Below are positions 1 through 8,854 of a stretch of DNA of 64,000 bases, piece by piece; within the stretch, counting starts at the first letter, position 1, and every line of letters begins with the position of its first letter. The notes under the pieces were generated by a model, which saw only the letters and a list, made by a program, of their open reading frames with translations, was not told the DNA's origin and did no database searches. A program made the position numbers and the translations under genes. The DNA comes from Candidatus Dormiibacterota bacterium. Lineage in GTDB: Bacteria; Chloroflexota; Dormibacteria; Aeolococcales; Aeolococcaceae. The stretch spans positions 3,232,001-3,296,000 of the forward strand of contig OY970355.1 in the NCBI GenBank assembly GCA_963718525.1. The letters are read 5' to 3'.

Positions 1-196
1 CGATGCGCAGGGACACCCGGCGCAGGAGGTCGATCACGGGCACGATCGGCCGCAACCCGGGCTTTCGGAGGCCGATCACCCTGCCGAGGCGGAAGTGCAC
101 GCCCATCTCGTACTGCTGTACAACGCGGATCGAGGCCAGCAAACCGAGCAGGATGACGGCCGCGACCACGATCGCTGCGACGACGAAGGCGTTCAT
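1..196 (-). CDS. SPFH/band-7 (slipin/stomatin-like) protein, N-terminal part; runs off the window edge
   Basis: Minus strand from ATG 196 reads MNAFVVAAIVVAAVILLGLLASIRVVQQYEMGVHFRLGRVIGLRKPGLRPIVPVIDLLRRVSLRI: TM anchor plus the typical slipin 'IRVVQQYE.GV.FRLGR....PGL' start; GAGGG RBS upstream. Confidence 0.85.
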   Translation of the reverse strand, partial: MNAFVVAAIVVAAVILLGLLASIRVVQQYEMGVHFRLGRVIGLRKPGLRPIVPVIDLLRRVSLRI

Positions 197-266
197 GACA
201 GCGCCCTCACTATAACGAAGCGATCGACGTCTTGAGCGACCCTTCGTGAGCCCCGGCACGTCCCCG

Positions 267-1823
267 CTAGGCTGCGACCTCGCTGTACATCCCCACCCGG
301 TCCTTGCCCTCGCGTTTGGCGGCGTACATCGCGATATCGGCGCGCCGCAACAGCTCATCGCAGGTGTCGGTGCTTCGTTCCGACATCGCGGCGCCCACGG
401 TGCCGCGGGTCGAGCAGATCGCATCGCCGATGAACAGCGGCTGACGCAGAAATTGCAGGATGCGGCGGCTGATCGCCTGCAGCTGCGCTCCGTCGGGAGC
501 ACGTTCGAGAAGAATCGCAAATTCGTCGCCGCCGAGTCGCGCCGCCACGTCGCCAGGTCGTACCGACGCCCGAAGGCGCTCCGCGACCGCCACGAGCACG
601 CGATCGCCGACGGCATGACCGAGCGTGTCATTGACGCTCTTGAAATCATCCAGGTCGATGAACAGGACGACACAGGGCGTCCGCGTCGGTCTGTGGCGCT
701 CGAGCGTACGCGTGACACATTCATGGAAATGCTTGCGATTCGGCAACCCGGTGAGCGCGTCGTGATTGGCCTGATGGTCGAGTTCGCGCTCACGCGCAGA
801 CAGGTTGCCGAGCAGGCGCGCGTTGTCGATGCCCATCAAATACTGGCGCACCAGGACGAGGCCGATCAGTGCCAGCACTGCCCAGAACGTGAACTCGTCG
901 ATGTTGCCGGTCGTGGTCTTCTGCGCGATCGTCACCGCAACCGCCGCGGCGGCCGGGATGTAGGGCAGCAAGGCACCAAACCGCGACGGCAGCACAGCGG
1001 GCGGGCGTCCGTGCAGTGGTCGCTGCACCGTGCGAAGCGCACCCAGTGCGATGAGCAGGTAGCTCGCGACCCAACCGGCGTCGAGGACGTTGCCTGTCCC
1101 ATAGGCGTTGCTCGCTGTCAGGTACGCGAAGTTACTGTCCGCGATCGCCGCCGCAGCGAGGCCGGCTGCCATCAAGAGCAGCGGCGTGCGCCCGGTGCGA
1201 GGCACCCGCCCGACCCGCACCAGGATCATGGTGACGATCGCGACGTCACTGATCGGATACAGCAGGCTGAGGACCATCGCGAGCGGTGTGCTCGCACCGG
1301 CCCGATACACCGCCCCGAGGCTGGTGGACCAGCTGACCACCAGGAGTCCGGCAGCAATGAGCAACCCGTCGAGGAGCGTGCGGACGAACGTGCGAGCTCG
1401 CTCAGCGGCGACGGGAAACGACAGAACGCCAGAAATGGCGAGCGGCACGGCAAGCAGATACCCTGCGTCGGCGAACGACGGGAACGGAACCTGAACGTTG
1501 CGCACGACCTGATACCAGTCCCAGACGGTCTGACCCAATCCCCATGAGAGCGCCGAGAGCCCCATGAGCGCCCACGCCAGGCGAATGCGACCGGCGTGAC
1601 GCATCGCAGCGAGGGCACATGCCGCCACTGCCGCGAACGCCGCCAGGGTCTCGACGATGTTGTCCAGGTAGGTGTAGGCGCCGGCCCCCCCGGCGAGCAG
1701 GCCGACGATGAAGAAGGCGAGCGCGACCGCCGCCACCGCGCAGGTCGCCGACCACCAGTGCACGCTCAGATCGGACCGGAAGCGCCGCAGTGCCATAGGC
1801 CGACTCTTGTGGCCGGAAGTCAC
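267..1823 (-). CDS. Membrane-bound diguanylate cyclase (multi-TM sensor + GGDEF)
   Basis: About 9-10 hydrophobic segments, then HDALTGLPNR, FIDLDDFKSVNDTLGHAVGD, RPGD I-site and RLGGDEF. Confidence 0.9.
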   Translation of the reverse strand: MTSGHKSRPMALRRFRSDLSVHWWSATCAVAAVALAFFIVGLLAGGAGAYTYLDNIVETLAAFAAVAACALAAMRHAGRIRLAWALMGLSALSWGLGQTVWDWYQVVRNVQVPFPSFADAGYLLAVPLAISGVLSFPVAAERARTFVRTLLDGLLIAAGLLVVSWSTSLGAVYRAGASTPLAMVLSLLYPISDVAIVTMILVRVGRVPRTGRTPLLLMAAGLAAAAIADSNFAYLTASNAYGTGNVLDAGWVASYLLIALGALRTVQRPLHGRPPAVLPSRFGALLPYIPAAAAVAVTIAQKTTTGNIDEFTFWAVLALIGLVLVRQYLMGIDNARLLGNLSARERELDHQANHDALTGLPNRKHFHECVTRTLERHRPTRTPCVVLFIDLDDFKSVNDTLGHAVGDRVLVAVAERLRASVRPGDVAARLGGDEFAILLERAPDGAQLQAISRRILQFLRQPLFIGDAICSTRGTVGAAMSERSTDTCDELLRRADIAMYAAKREGKDRVGMYSEVAA

Positions 1824-1938
1824 AGGTCAGTGGCGGGGTCGCCACATGTCCGGGCCGTGATTGCACATTCGCCTGACGCGGCCTGACCCTCCGAGCCACC
1901 CGTGATCCACATCACCAGTCACGTGGCGGCAGGTGCGG

Positions 1939-3669
1939 TCAGTGGATCAGCACGAACTCCGTTGCCGTGGTGTGGTCGCTGAACGAATGCGACCCTATCC
2001 CGATCGCCTGCACCGGAGTCACATAGGGAGCGATCTGCTGGTCGAAGGTCGCACGAGCAGAGGCGGGCAGAACCGCCCGCACAGCAGCGACGAGGGATTG
2101 CACGTTCAGGTAGAACATGCCGTCGTTGCTGGAGCCGACCTGGCCCGCGACGGTCTGATACTGCGGAGACGTGGTGATGTTGCTGCCCCGTCTGGCATCA
2201 ATGACCGCGCGAACCTCAGCGGGCGTCGACGCGATGATCGCCCAGCCGTTGTCAACGGCCCACGACGGGCTGAGCTGGGACGGGGTGACGCCGGTGATCG
2301 TGATGGTGGAGATGTTCACGCCCTGGTACGTCTCGTGCGCCGGCGACGTCGAGCCACATGCCTGGGCGCCGGAGCAGATGGTGGTCGCCAGCTGTGCCAG
2401 AAAACCCTGTACCGCCGTTGCTGAATCCGTGGCGATAAGGAGAGCCCCTGACGGTACGGTCGCGCCGGACAGCTGCTCCACCTCGACGCCCGCGTCGCCG
2501 GTCAGGTGATTGATGATTCCCGAGGAGCCGGTGATTCCCAGCTGGTTCAGCACCTGGCTCCCGGAAGCGCCCACTCCCGGAATCGCCAGCGACACCAGGC
2601 TCTTCAGCGTCTGTGGAAGGCCGACGATGGCAGCGAAGCCGAAGGCACCCTCCGGCACGAACGCGAGAGCGCCATTCTTATGGGCGGCAACTCCGAGCGT
2701 CGCCCGCGCAGCAGCGCTGAGCTTGGACGGGTCGAAATCGACGGTCCCCGAAACGGTGATGCCCGACGACGACGCAACCACGACTTCGCCCGCCCCTTCA
2801 TAGCCGCGCAGGGCTGTGGTGGTCGCCGCCGTCGCGGCCGGGATGAGTGCCGCCACGCGAGGAATATCGACATAGAAGAAGGCGATACGGTCGCCCGGCA
2901 CCCGCGCCTGCACGGTGGTGTAGTCGGTCTCGGACGTGAGGTTGGCGTGCTTGCCTTGCGAGGTGTCAACGACTTCGTCGACCGAGGCTTCGGAGGTGCC
3001 CAGGATCATGGTATGCGCGGTGATGGCCCACACCTCGGTTCCACCCGACGCGTCCTCACCCACATTGACGGAAACCCCGTCATAGGTCGCCGTCGTCCAG
3101 CGAAGCACGCGGCCCGACGGTCCCGACTTGAACTTGCCGAACATCGCCTGCGCGGCCACGTCATTCGTGCTCGCGAGCAGCGACACCACAGCAGGGGTGG
3201 GGCTGTCCGAGCTCGGCAACACGATCAGTGAAACCTGTGAGCCGAGCCACGCGCGCACATCGGTGTGCGACAGACCGGAGGACTCCAAACCGCTGTCGAG
3301 CCAGTGGTTGAGCGTGGCGTCCCGCGACGAGCCGGAGAGCCCTGGAAACTTGCCCAGGATGCTGTTGAGCGAGAGCTGCTGTCCGACCGACGGTTGGAGG
3401 TCGAGGTTCACGTAGACAGCGGTGTCACTGGGCGCGAACGTCACCATCGAGTTGGCGGTGCCGCGAAGGACGCCGAATGCAAGGACCGCTGCAGCCACTC
3501 CCCCGGCGACAAGAACCGCAACTCCGGCACCTGCGACGGCCCGGAACGCCCTCGAATGTCGCTGCTCGTCCGGCGCAGCGGTGACATCCGCAGAGCTCGG
3601 GGGCAAATCGTAGGGCGGTGGCGGAGGGGGTGGGTTCGGCGGGGGTTCCGGCATCCCGAAGGTGCTCAT
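1939..3669 (-). CDS. Membrane-anchored secreted protein, DUF3352-like
   Basis: Pro-rich N-terminus, single TM, then 'FAPSDTAVYVNLDLQPSVGQ' and two repeated domains resembling DUF3352. Confidence 0.65.
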   Translation of the reverse strand: MSTFGMPEPPPNPPPPPPPYDLPPSSADVTAAPDEQRHSRAFRAVAGAGVAVLVAGGVAAAVLAFGVLRGTANSMVTFAPSDTAVYVNLDLQPSVGQQLSLNSILGKFPGLSGSSRDATLNHWLDSGLESSGLSHTDVRAWLGSQVSLIVLPSSDSPTPAVVSLLASTNDVAAQAMFGKFKSGPSGRVLRWTTATYDGVSVNVGEDASGGTEVWAITAHTMILGTSEASVDEVVDTSQGKHANLTSETDYTTVQARVPGDRIAFFYVDIPRVAALIPAATAATTTALRGYEGAGEVVVASSSGITVSGTVDFDPSKLSAAARATLGVAAHKNGALAFVPEGAFGFAAIVGLPQTLKSLVSLAIPGVGASGSQVLNQLGITGSSGIINHLTGDAGVEVEQLSGATVPSGALLIATDSATAVQGFLAQLATTICSGAQACGSTSPAHETYQGVNISTITITGVTPSQLSPSWAVDNGWAIIASTPAEVRAVIDARRGSNITTSPQYQTVAGQVGSSNDGMFYLNVQSLVAAVRAVLPASARATFDQQIAPYVTPVQAIGIGSHSFSDHTTATEFVLIH

Positions 3670-3928
3670 CGCTGTGCCTCACTCTTGATGCCGAACGTGA
3701 TCGCCGGCCGCGGTCCGTCGTATCCGCGGAAGCTACGACCCCAGATCCCTTCACTCATCAGGTGGAGAGTGTGCGGTGCCTCAATCACTCTCCCGAACCG
3801 ATGCAACCGGATTGTTCCCAGGGTTGCCACGAACTGTTGCAGACCTCACGCCATGAATTGCGGGAGCCACGTCGAGCCACGCCTTGTATATCGGTGCATG
3901 CAGCGGAGACGGCGAGGAGCGGTGCGAA

Positions 3929-5203
3929 TCATCGGTCTGCCAGCTCGTCCGCCGTGATGTCGGCGAGGACGGGCGCGGTGGCTCGCGGCAGCACCGTGCC
4001 GATGAATGACTTCACCGCCTCGTTCAAGCCCACGTCGTGCCCCGCGGCTTCAGAGAGATACCAGCGATGGTCGAGCACCTGATGGAACAGTTCGGCCGGC
4101 TCCAGGCGACCACGGAGGTCCTCCGGGACTGCCGCGATGGTTGGCTCGAAGACGTCGATCAGCCAGCGACGCGCGGCGTATCGCTCCGACACGGGACCCC
4201 CCGAGGTTGTCTCGAGCTCCGTGCGGTATCGCGCTATGTCACCAAGCAGGCGCCGCGCCTGGTTCTCCTGGACCTCCAGTCCGGTGAGCGCCTGGAGCGT
4301 GCGAACGTGATGGCCCGGCTCGACCACGCGCGGCTGGAGGCGAAGGTGGTACTCCCCACCCTGCGCGGTGACCTCGACCTCCGCGACGTCAAAGCCGAGC
4401 CCGTTGAGGCGCTGGAGTCGCTCCTCGATCCGGTATCGCTGGTCAGGAGCGAAGGCCACCTCACGTACGAGCTCGGACCAGAGCGCCTCGTAGCGTCGCC
4501 GCAGCTCCTCGGCGGCTTTGACCGGGTCCATGTGATGGACGAGCCCCTCGGCGGTCACATCGAGCAGCTCGCCCGCGATGTTCTCCTCAGCCACCATCAC
4601 GTCCTGGCTCCGCTGGCCGTCGCTGAGCTGGGGATGCAGTTCACCGGTCTCGGTGTCGACGACATAGGCGCCCAAGGCCCCGGCGTCGCGGCGGAAGAGC
4701 GTGTTGGAGAGCGAGCAGTCGCCCCAGAAGAAGCCGGCGACGTGCAGCCGCACCAGCAGGTTCACGAGCCCGTCGAGGAGACGATCGCCAAGGGCCTGGT
4801 CCGCGCCGGTCGCCCCCAGGACGCGCCGGTACGGCAGGGAAAAGTCGAGATGACGCGTGATCAGGACGGCCTCGAGCTCGCCGTTTTCCGGGTCCCTTCG
4901 AGGTCCGAGCTGACGCCCGGTGACCACCGCCGCAACCTCGACGACGGGGATGAACAGCCGGTCCAGCTCGGCAAGCAGCCGGTATTCGCGCTCGGCCAGG
5001 CGATCGGGCAATTCCTTGAAGGCGTAAATCGCGTCGCCGTAGCGAACGAAGCGGACGATGTGGCGCGAGATTCCCCGAGGGACATCGACCATGCGCTCTT
5101 CGCGCCATGCATCCAGGGGGAGATGCCACGGCAGGTCGAGAAAATCCGGGTGGCCGGTGCGCCTGCGCATCTGGAAGTCCACACCTTGCGGGGTCACGTG
5201 CAA
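3929..5203 (-). CDS. DUF4032 domain protein with kinase-like (Kdo/WaaP-like) N-terminal region
   Basis: PDFLDLPW, RGISRHIVRFV, LHVAGFFWGDCSLSNTLFRRDAG, VDTETGE and C-terminal FHQVLDHRWYLSE motifs. Confidence 0.85.
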   Translation of the reverse strand: MHVTPQGVDFQMRRRTGHPDFLDLPWHLPLDAWREERMVDVPRGISRHIVRFVRYGDAIYAFKELPDRLAEREYRLLAELDRLFIPVVEVAAVVTGRQLGPRRDPENGELEAVLITRHLDFSLPYRRVLGATGADQALGDRLLDGLVNLLVRLHVAGFFWGDCSLSNTLFRRDAGALGAYVVDTETGELHPQLSDGQRSQDVMVAEENIAGELLDVTAEGLVHHMDPVKAAEELRRRYEALWSELVREVAFAPDQRYRIEERLQRLNGLGFDVAEVEVTAQGGEYHLRLQPRVVEPGHHVRTLQALTGLEVQENQARRLLGDIARYRTELETTSGGPVSERYAARRWLIDVFEPTIAAVPEDLRGRLEPAELFHQVLDHRWYLSEAAGHDVGLNEAVKSFIGTVLPRATAPVLADITADELADR

Positions 5204-5265
5204 CGCCTCTAAGTTCGATGAAGAAGGTCAACCGCACGATGACACAAGCGCCGCGTCCATTCCGA

Positions 5266-7146
5266 CTATGCGGAATGGATGGTCAGCTCGACGCCATCGG
5301 TCTGGGTGTGTCGCCCGGTGCCGGGAACGATCGCGGCCAGCGCAGCTTCGTCGCAGCGGAGAACGATCAGCTCGCGCGGATCGAGGACCGTCCAGAGGTT
5401 CGCTGTGGACTCGGCCCGGTCCTGCATCGGCGCATAGACGAGATGGACCCGCTGGTGGCGCGCGCGAGCCAGTCGCTGGACCTCGCGGAAGGCATCGTGA
5501 GCGGGCTCATCGGTGACGTACGGATCGAGAATCTCGAGGAGCCGCGTTGCCGGACCGTGCTCGGGCACGGTGCCGATGAAAGCGAATCCGAGCGGGCCGC
5601 CATCGGCCTCGGCGATCCCGGCATCGACCAGCGCCTCGATGTCAAGACCCTCGCCGTGGAGCAGGACCATGACGGGTTGATGCGCCTGCCAGCCGGCCTG
5701 AGGAACCCTCGGGAACTGACCCAACCGTTGCACCATTGGAAGGATGCCCGGTAGCCCGGCGCGACGCCTGGTCCGGTAGGTGATCCAGGCAATTGCGAGG
5801 CCGAGGACCGTGATGCAGCCGCCAAACAGCGTGGCGAGCGGCTTCGCGAAGAGGTTGGTCACCCACGCGGTCACAACGAGCACCGACGTGATCACGCCGA
5901 GTGTGAAGGCGAATGTCGAGGTTCCCAGCGGCGCGGCGCCGTGGACGTAGCGCCGGCCGTGCAGTGAACGGCGCTCGCGCCATCGGACGATGTCGAGACA
6001 GACAGAGGTGACGCTGAAGGCTCCGAGGAGACCAAAGGCATACATGTCCCCGAGCAACCCGACGTTGCTCTGGCTGATGACGACCACAGCAATCGGGACG
6101 GCGATGGCAGCAAGGATCGACCAGTGCGGTGTGTTCCGCCAGCGGTTGCGATGCTGGAGGACCTGCGGGAGAAAACGCAGCTTCGAGAGCGCCAGAAACA
6201 CGTGATAGCAGCCGATGATCGCGGTATTGCTCGCGAAGATCAGGAGGAGACCAGCACTCGCCGCGACCTCAGTCTGGAGCAGGGGGCCCGCGGCGTAACC
6301 GCCAAGCGCGGAGACGAACTGATTGGGGTTGATGTGGTGTGCATTGAGCAGAGTCGTCGACCACAGCGTGAGCAGAGGACTCGTGATGATGATCGTGAAC
6401 ACGACAATGACCATCGCGCGAGGCGCCACCAGGCGCTGTGGTCGACGCATCGCCGGGGCGAGCTGCGAGATGCTCTCGAGGCCCGAGAACGCCAGGAATG
6501 CCCCGGCGTACCCCGTGAGGAGTCCGATGGGGCTGATCCTCGGCCCGGACAGGGTTTTCGGGATTGCCCCGAGCGCAGTGCCGAACCCCGCATGGATGAG
6601 CACCGCGATCACGACGGCCAGCTGACTGCCGAGAGCCACGACTGCGATGACTGCGGTCACCTTGGCGTCGGCATTGATGCCGATCAGGTTGAGGCCGGCG
6701 AGCAGCACCAACGCAACGACTGTGAGCAGGGTGACGATCCCGATCAGATCCGGTGCGAAAACGCTGAGATAGATCAGCCCTGACAACGCGCTCAGCGCGG
6801 AGGTGAGGAAGTAGTCGACCAGGATGAACAGCCCACCGACCAATCCCGCCACGGGATGGATGGCGTGGGCTCCGACGGTCACCACGCCACCACCCTCCGG
6901 GTAGCGGATGGCAACCTCCGCGTACTTCACCGTCAACAGAACGAAAACGATCAGGGTGAGCGCAACGAAGAGCGCCGCGTGAACCCCGGCGGTGCTGAAC
7001 AGGATGCCCGGCGTGTAGTAGACGGACGTGCCGATGTCGGCGAAGACCACGGCCCAGCACAGGAGTGGCCCCAGCCCCTGGGGCAGGCTCTTCCGGTCAC
7101 GCCTCGCATGCCTTCGCGCGGTTGTGCCGGCATCGGTGGGAGGCAT
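5266..7146 (-). CDS. APC-superfamily permease with C-terminal cytoplasmic domain
   Basis: About 12 TM segments; FADIGTSVYY, YPEGGG, AFSGLESISQ, TPHWSI motifs; TATCCT -10 element just upstream of ATG 7146. Confidence 0.85.
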   Translation of the reverse strand: MPPTDAGTTARRHARRDRKSLPQGLGPLLCWAVVFADIGTSVYYTPGILFSTAGVHAALFVALTLIVFVLLTVKYAEVAIRYPEGGGVVTVGAHAIHPVAGLVGGLFILVDYFLTSALSALSGLIYLSVFAPDLIGIVTLLTVVALVLLAGLNLIGINADAKVTAVIAVVALGSQLAVVIAVLIHAGFGTALGAIPKTLSGPRISPIGLLTGYAGAFLAFSGLESISQLAPAMRRPQRLVAPRAMVIVVFTIIITSPLLTLWSTTLLNAHHINPNQFVSALGGYAAGPLLQTEVAASAGLLLIFASNTAIIGCYHVFLALSKLRFLPQVLQHRNRWRNTPHWSILAAIAVPIAVVVISQSNVGLLGDMYAFGLLGAFSVTSVCLDIVRWRERRSLHGRRYVHGAAPLGTSTFAFTLGVITSVLVVTAWVTNLFAKPLATLFGGCITVLGLAIAWITYRTRRRAGLPGILPMVQRLGQFPRVPQAGWQAHQPVMVLLHGEGLDIEALVDAGIAEADGGPLGFAFIGTVPEHGPATRLLEILDPYVTDEPAHDAFREVQRLARARHQRVHLVYAPMQDRAESTANLWTVLDPRELIVLRCDEAALAAIVPGTGRHTQTDGVELTIHSA

Positions 7147-7258
7147 CACGGGAGGATAGTGCCGCCGCACCGAGCCGTGATCGTCTGCGACGGCCGCTCA
7201 GGCGCTGCCGCCGGCGATGCGTCGCCGGCGGCTTGCCCGAGGGGCGGGTGAGGCTAGC

Positions 7259-8854
7259 TCATTCCCGGGCGGTCGTCACCGCGATTGCCTCGCTGCCACC
7301 TGCATCGCGAATGGTCACCTTGATCGTTGCCCTTTCCCTGTCCCTGACATAGGTGTGAGTTCCCGAAACGCTGAAGCCACCGCCGGCCGACGCGACGATG
7401 CCGGCGCTCGACGTCCCGTCACCCCAGCTGATGGTGGCGGTGTAGTCAGTGGCCACGCCACCGGGGTCGGCGTCAGTGAAATCGCCAACGACTCCATTGA
7501 CGCTGTCATTGCTCTGCCGCAACTTCAGCCCGGCGGCGCTCAGTGCCGCGTCAGCGATCGTCGCGCTGCCGGTCGCTGTGACGCTGCTGCCATCAAGGTC
7601 GCTGATCTGCACTGTGACCGTGTACGACCCCTCCTCTGCATACGTGTGGCCGCCCGTCACCGTGAATCCAGTCGCACGGTTCCCGGTCACGATCCCCGCT
7701 GACATGCTGGTATCACCCCAGTTGATGGTCGCCGCGTAGGTACCCGGGGCGGTGTTCTGGTCCGCATCGTTGAAGGTCGCCACCGTGGCCGCGGACGCGG
7801 CGCCCTCGGTCGCATTGATGGCTGCGCCGCGTGCTGTGAGGGTGCCCCCGATCACCGTGTAGGCCTCGACGGTCGTGAGCCTCACGCCGTTGTACCCGCC
7901 GACCGCGTAAATCCGTCCGTCCGGCCCCGCGGCCACGCCCTCGAATTGACGCGCGGTGGGCATCGCCTGACCCGTGGTCCAGGTGTCGCTGCTGACATTG
8001 AATCCTTCCACGCGATTGAGGTAGGCGGCGCAGTTCACGCTGAGGCCACCGATGGCGTAGATGCGACCGTCCGGTCCCATCGCCCCCGCAAGGTTCGTGC
8101 GGCCGCCCCCGGGCATTGAGGCGAGGGTCGCCCACGTGTTGGTGCCGGTGTCGTACGCCTCGACCCTGCCCGTGATGTTGCCGCAACTGCCGGCATCGCC
8201 ACCGATGGCGTAGATCCGGCCGTCGGGACCCGTAACGGCAAAGAGATCCTCCCGCGGTCCGCCGGGCATCGGCGCCTCGGTGGTCCAGGTGTTCGTCGTC
8301 GTGTCGTATGCCTCGACCCTGCTGAGGATATTGGTGCCGTCGGTGCCGCCGATCGCGTAGATGCGGCCGTCAGGCCCGGTCGCGGCGGCGAGATCCTGGC
8401 GCGCGCCCCCCGGCATGGATGCCACCGTCGTCCAGGTGTTCGTGGTCGTGTCGTACGCGTCGACCTCGCTCACTGGGCCGGTATCGGTAAGGCCCCCGAT
8501 GGCGTAGATGCGCCCGTCGGGCCCGGTCGCGACGGGGAGATTCCCCCGCCCGGCGCCGGGCAGCGCTGCCTCGGTGGACCAGGTATTCGAGGTGACGTCA
8601 TACGCCTCGACGCGATTCAGGTGGGTGCTGCCGTCGAAGCCGCCGATGGTATAGATACGGCCGTCTGGCCCGGTTGCCGTGGCGCCGCTGTCGCGAGCCC
8701 CACCGGGCATGGGGGCGACCGTGGTCCAGCTGTTGCTCGTGGCAGATGCCGCCACTCCTGACAGCAACATCGCCACGCCCGCCGCGGCCGCGCCGGCCAG
8801 AACAACCCTGCTGAGTTGAATCTTGGTGTGCGTGTCCCCTTCCTCCTTTCCCAT
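7259..8854 (-). CDS. Secreted Kelch-repeat beta-propeller protein with two C-terminal PKD/Ig-like domains (paralog B)
   Basis: Signal peptide; six GPDGRIY(A/T)(I/V)GG...VE(A/G)Y..W repeats; two 'F.DAD......Y.ATI.WGD....G......F.V.G.HTY' domains; TAATG overlap with paralog A. Confidence 0.88.
   Translation of the reverse strand: MGKEEGDTHTKIQLSRVVLAGAAAAGVAMLLSGVAASATSNSWTTVAPMPGGARDSGATATGPDGRIYTIGGFDGSTHLNRVEAYDVTSNTWSTEAALPGAGRGNLPVATGPDGRIYAIGGLTDTGPVSEVDAYDTTTNTWTTVASMPGGARQDLAAATGPDGRIYAIGGTDGTNILSRVEAYDTTTNTWTTEAPMPGGPREDLFAVTGPDGRIYAIGGDAGSCGNITGRVEAYDTGTNTWATLASMPGGGRTNLAGAMGPDGRIYAIGGLSVNCAAYLNRVEGFNVSSDTWTTGQAMPTARQFEGVAAGPDGRIYAVGGYNGVRLTTVEAYTVIGGTLTARGAAINATEGAASAATVATFNDADQNTAPGTYAATINWGDTSMSAGIVTGNRATGFTVTGGHTYAEEGSYTVTVQISDLDGSSVTATGSATIADAALSAAGLKLRQSNDSVNGVVGDFTDADPGGVATDYTATISWGDGTSSAGIVASAGGGFSVSGTHTYVRDRERATIKVTIRDAGGSEAIAVTTARE

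Noticed and set aside
246-1547. Long plus-strand ORFs antisense to real genes (e.g. 246-1547, 4037-5212, 8944-10617, 40012-41925, 50156-51721, 52656-54077, 55125-56831)
   Set aside because: Shadow ORFs expected from high-GC codon bias; no motifs, and the opposite strand encodes recognisable proteins
3803-3827. GCAACC-N13-GGTTGC inverted repeat upstream of the DUF3352-like gene
   Set aside because: 6-bp arms are expected by chance; no second instance noticed
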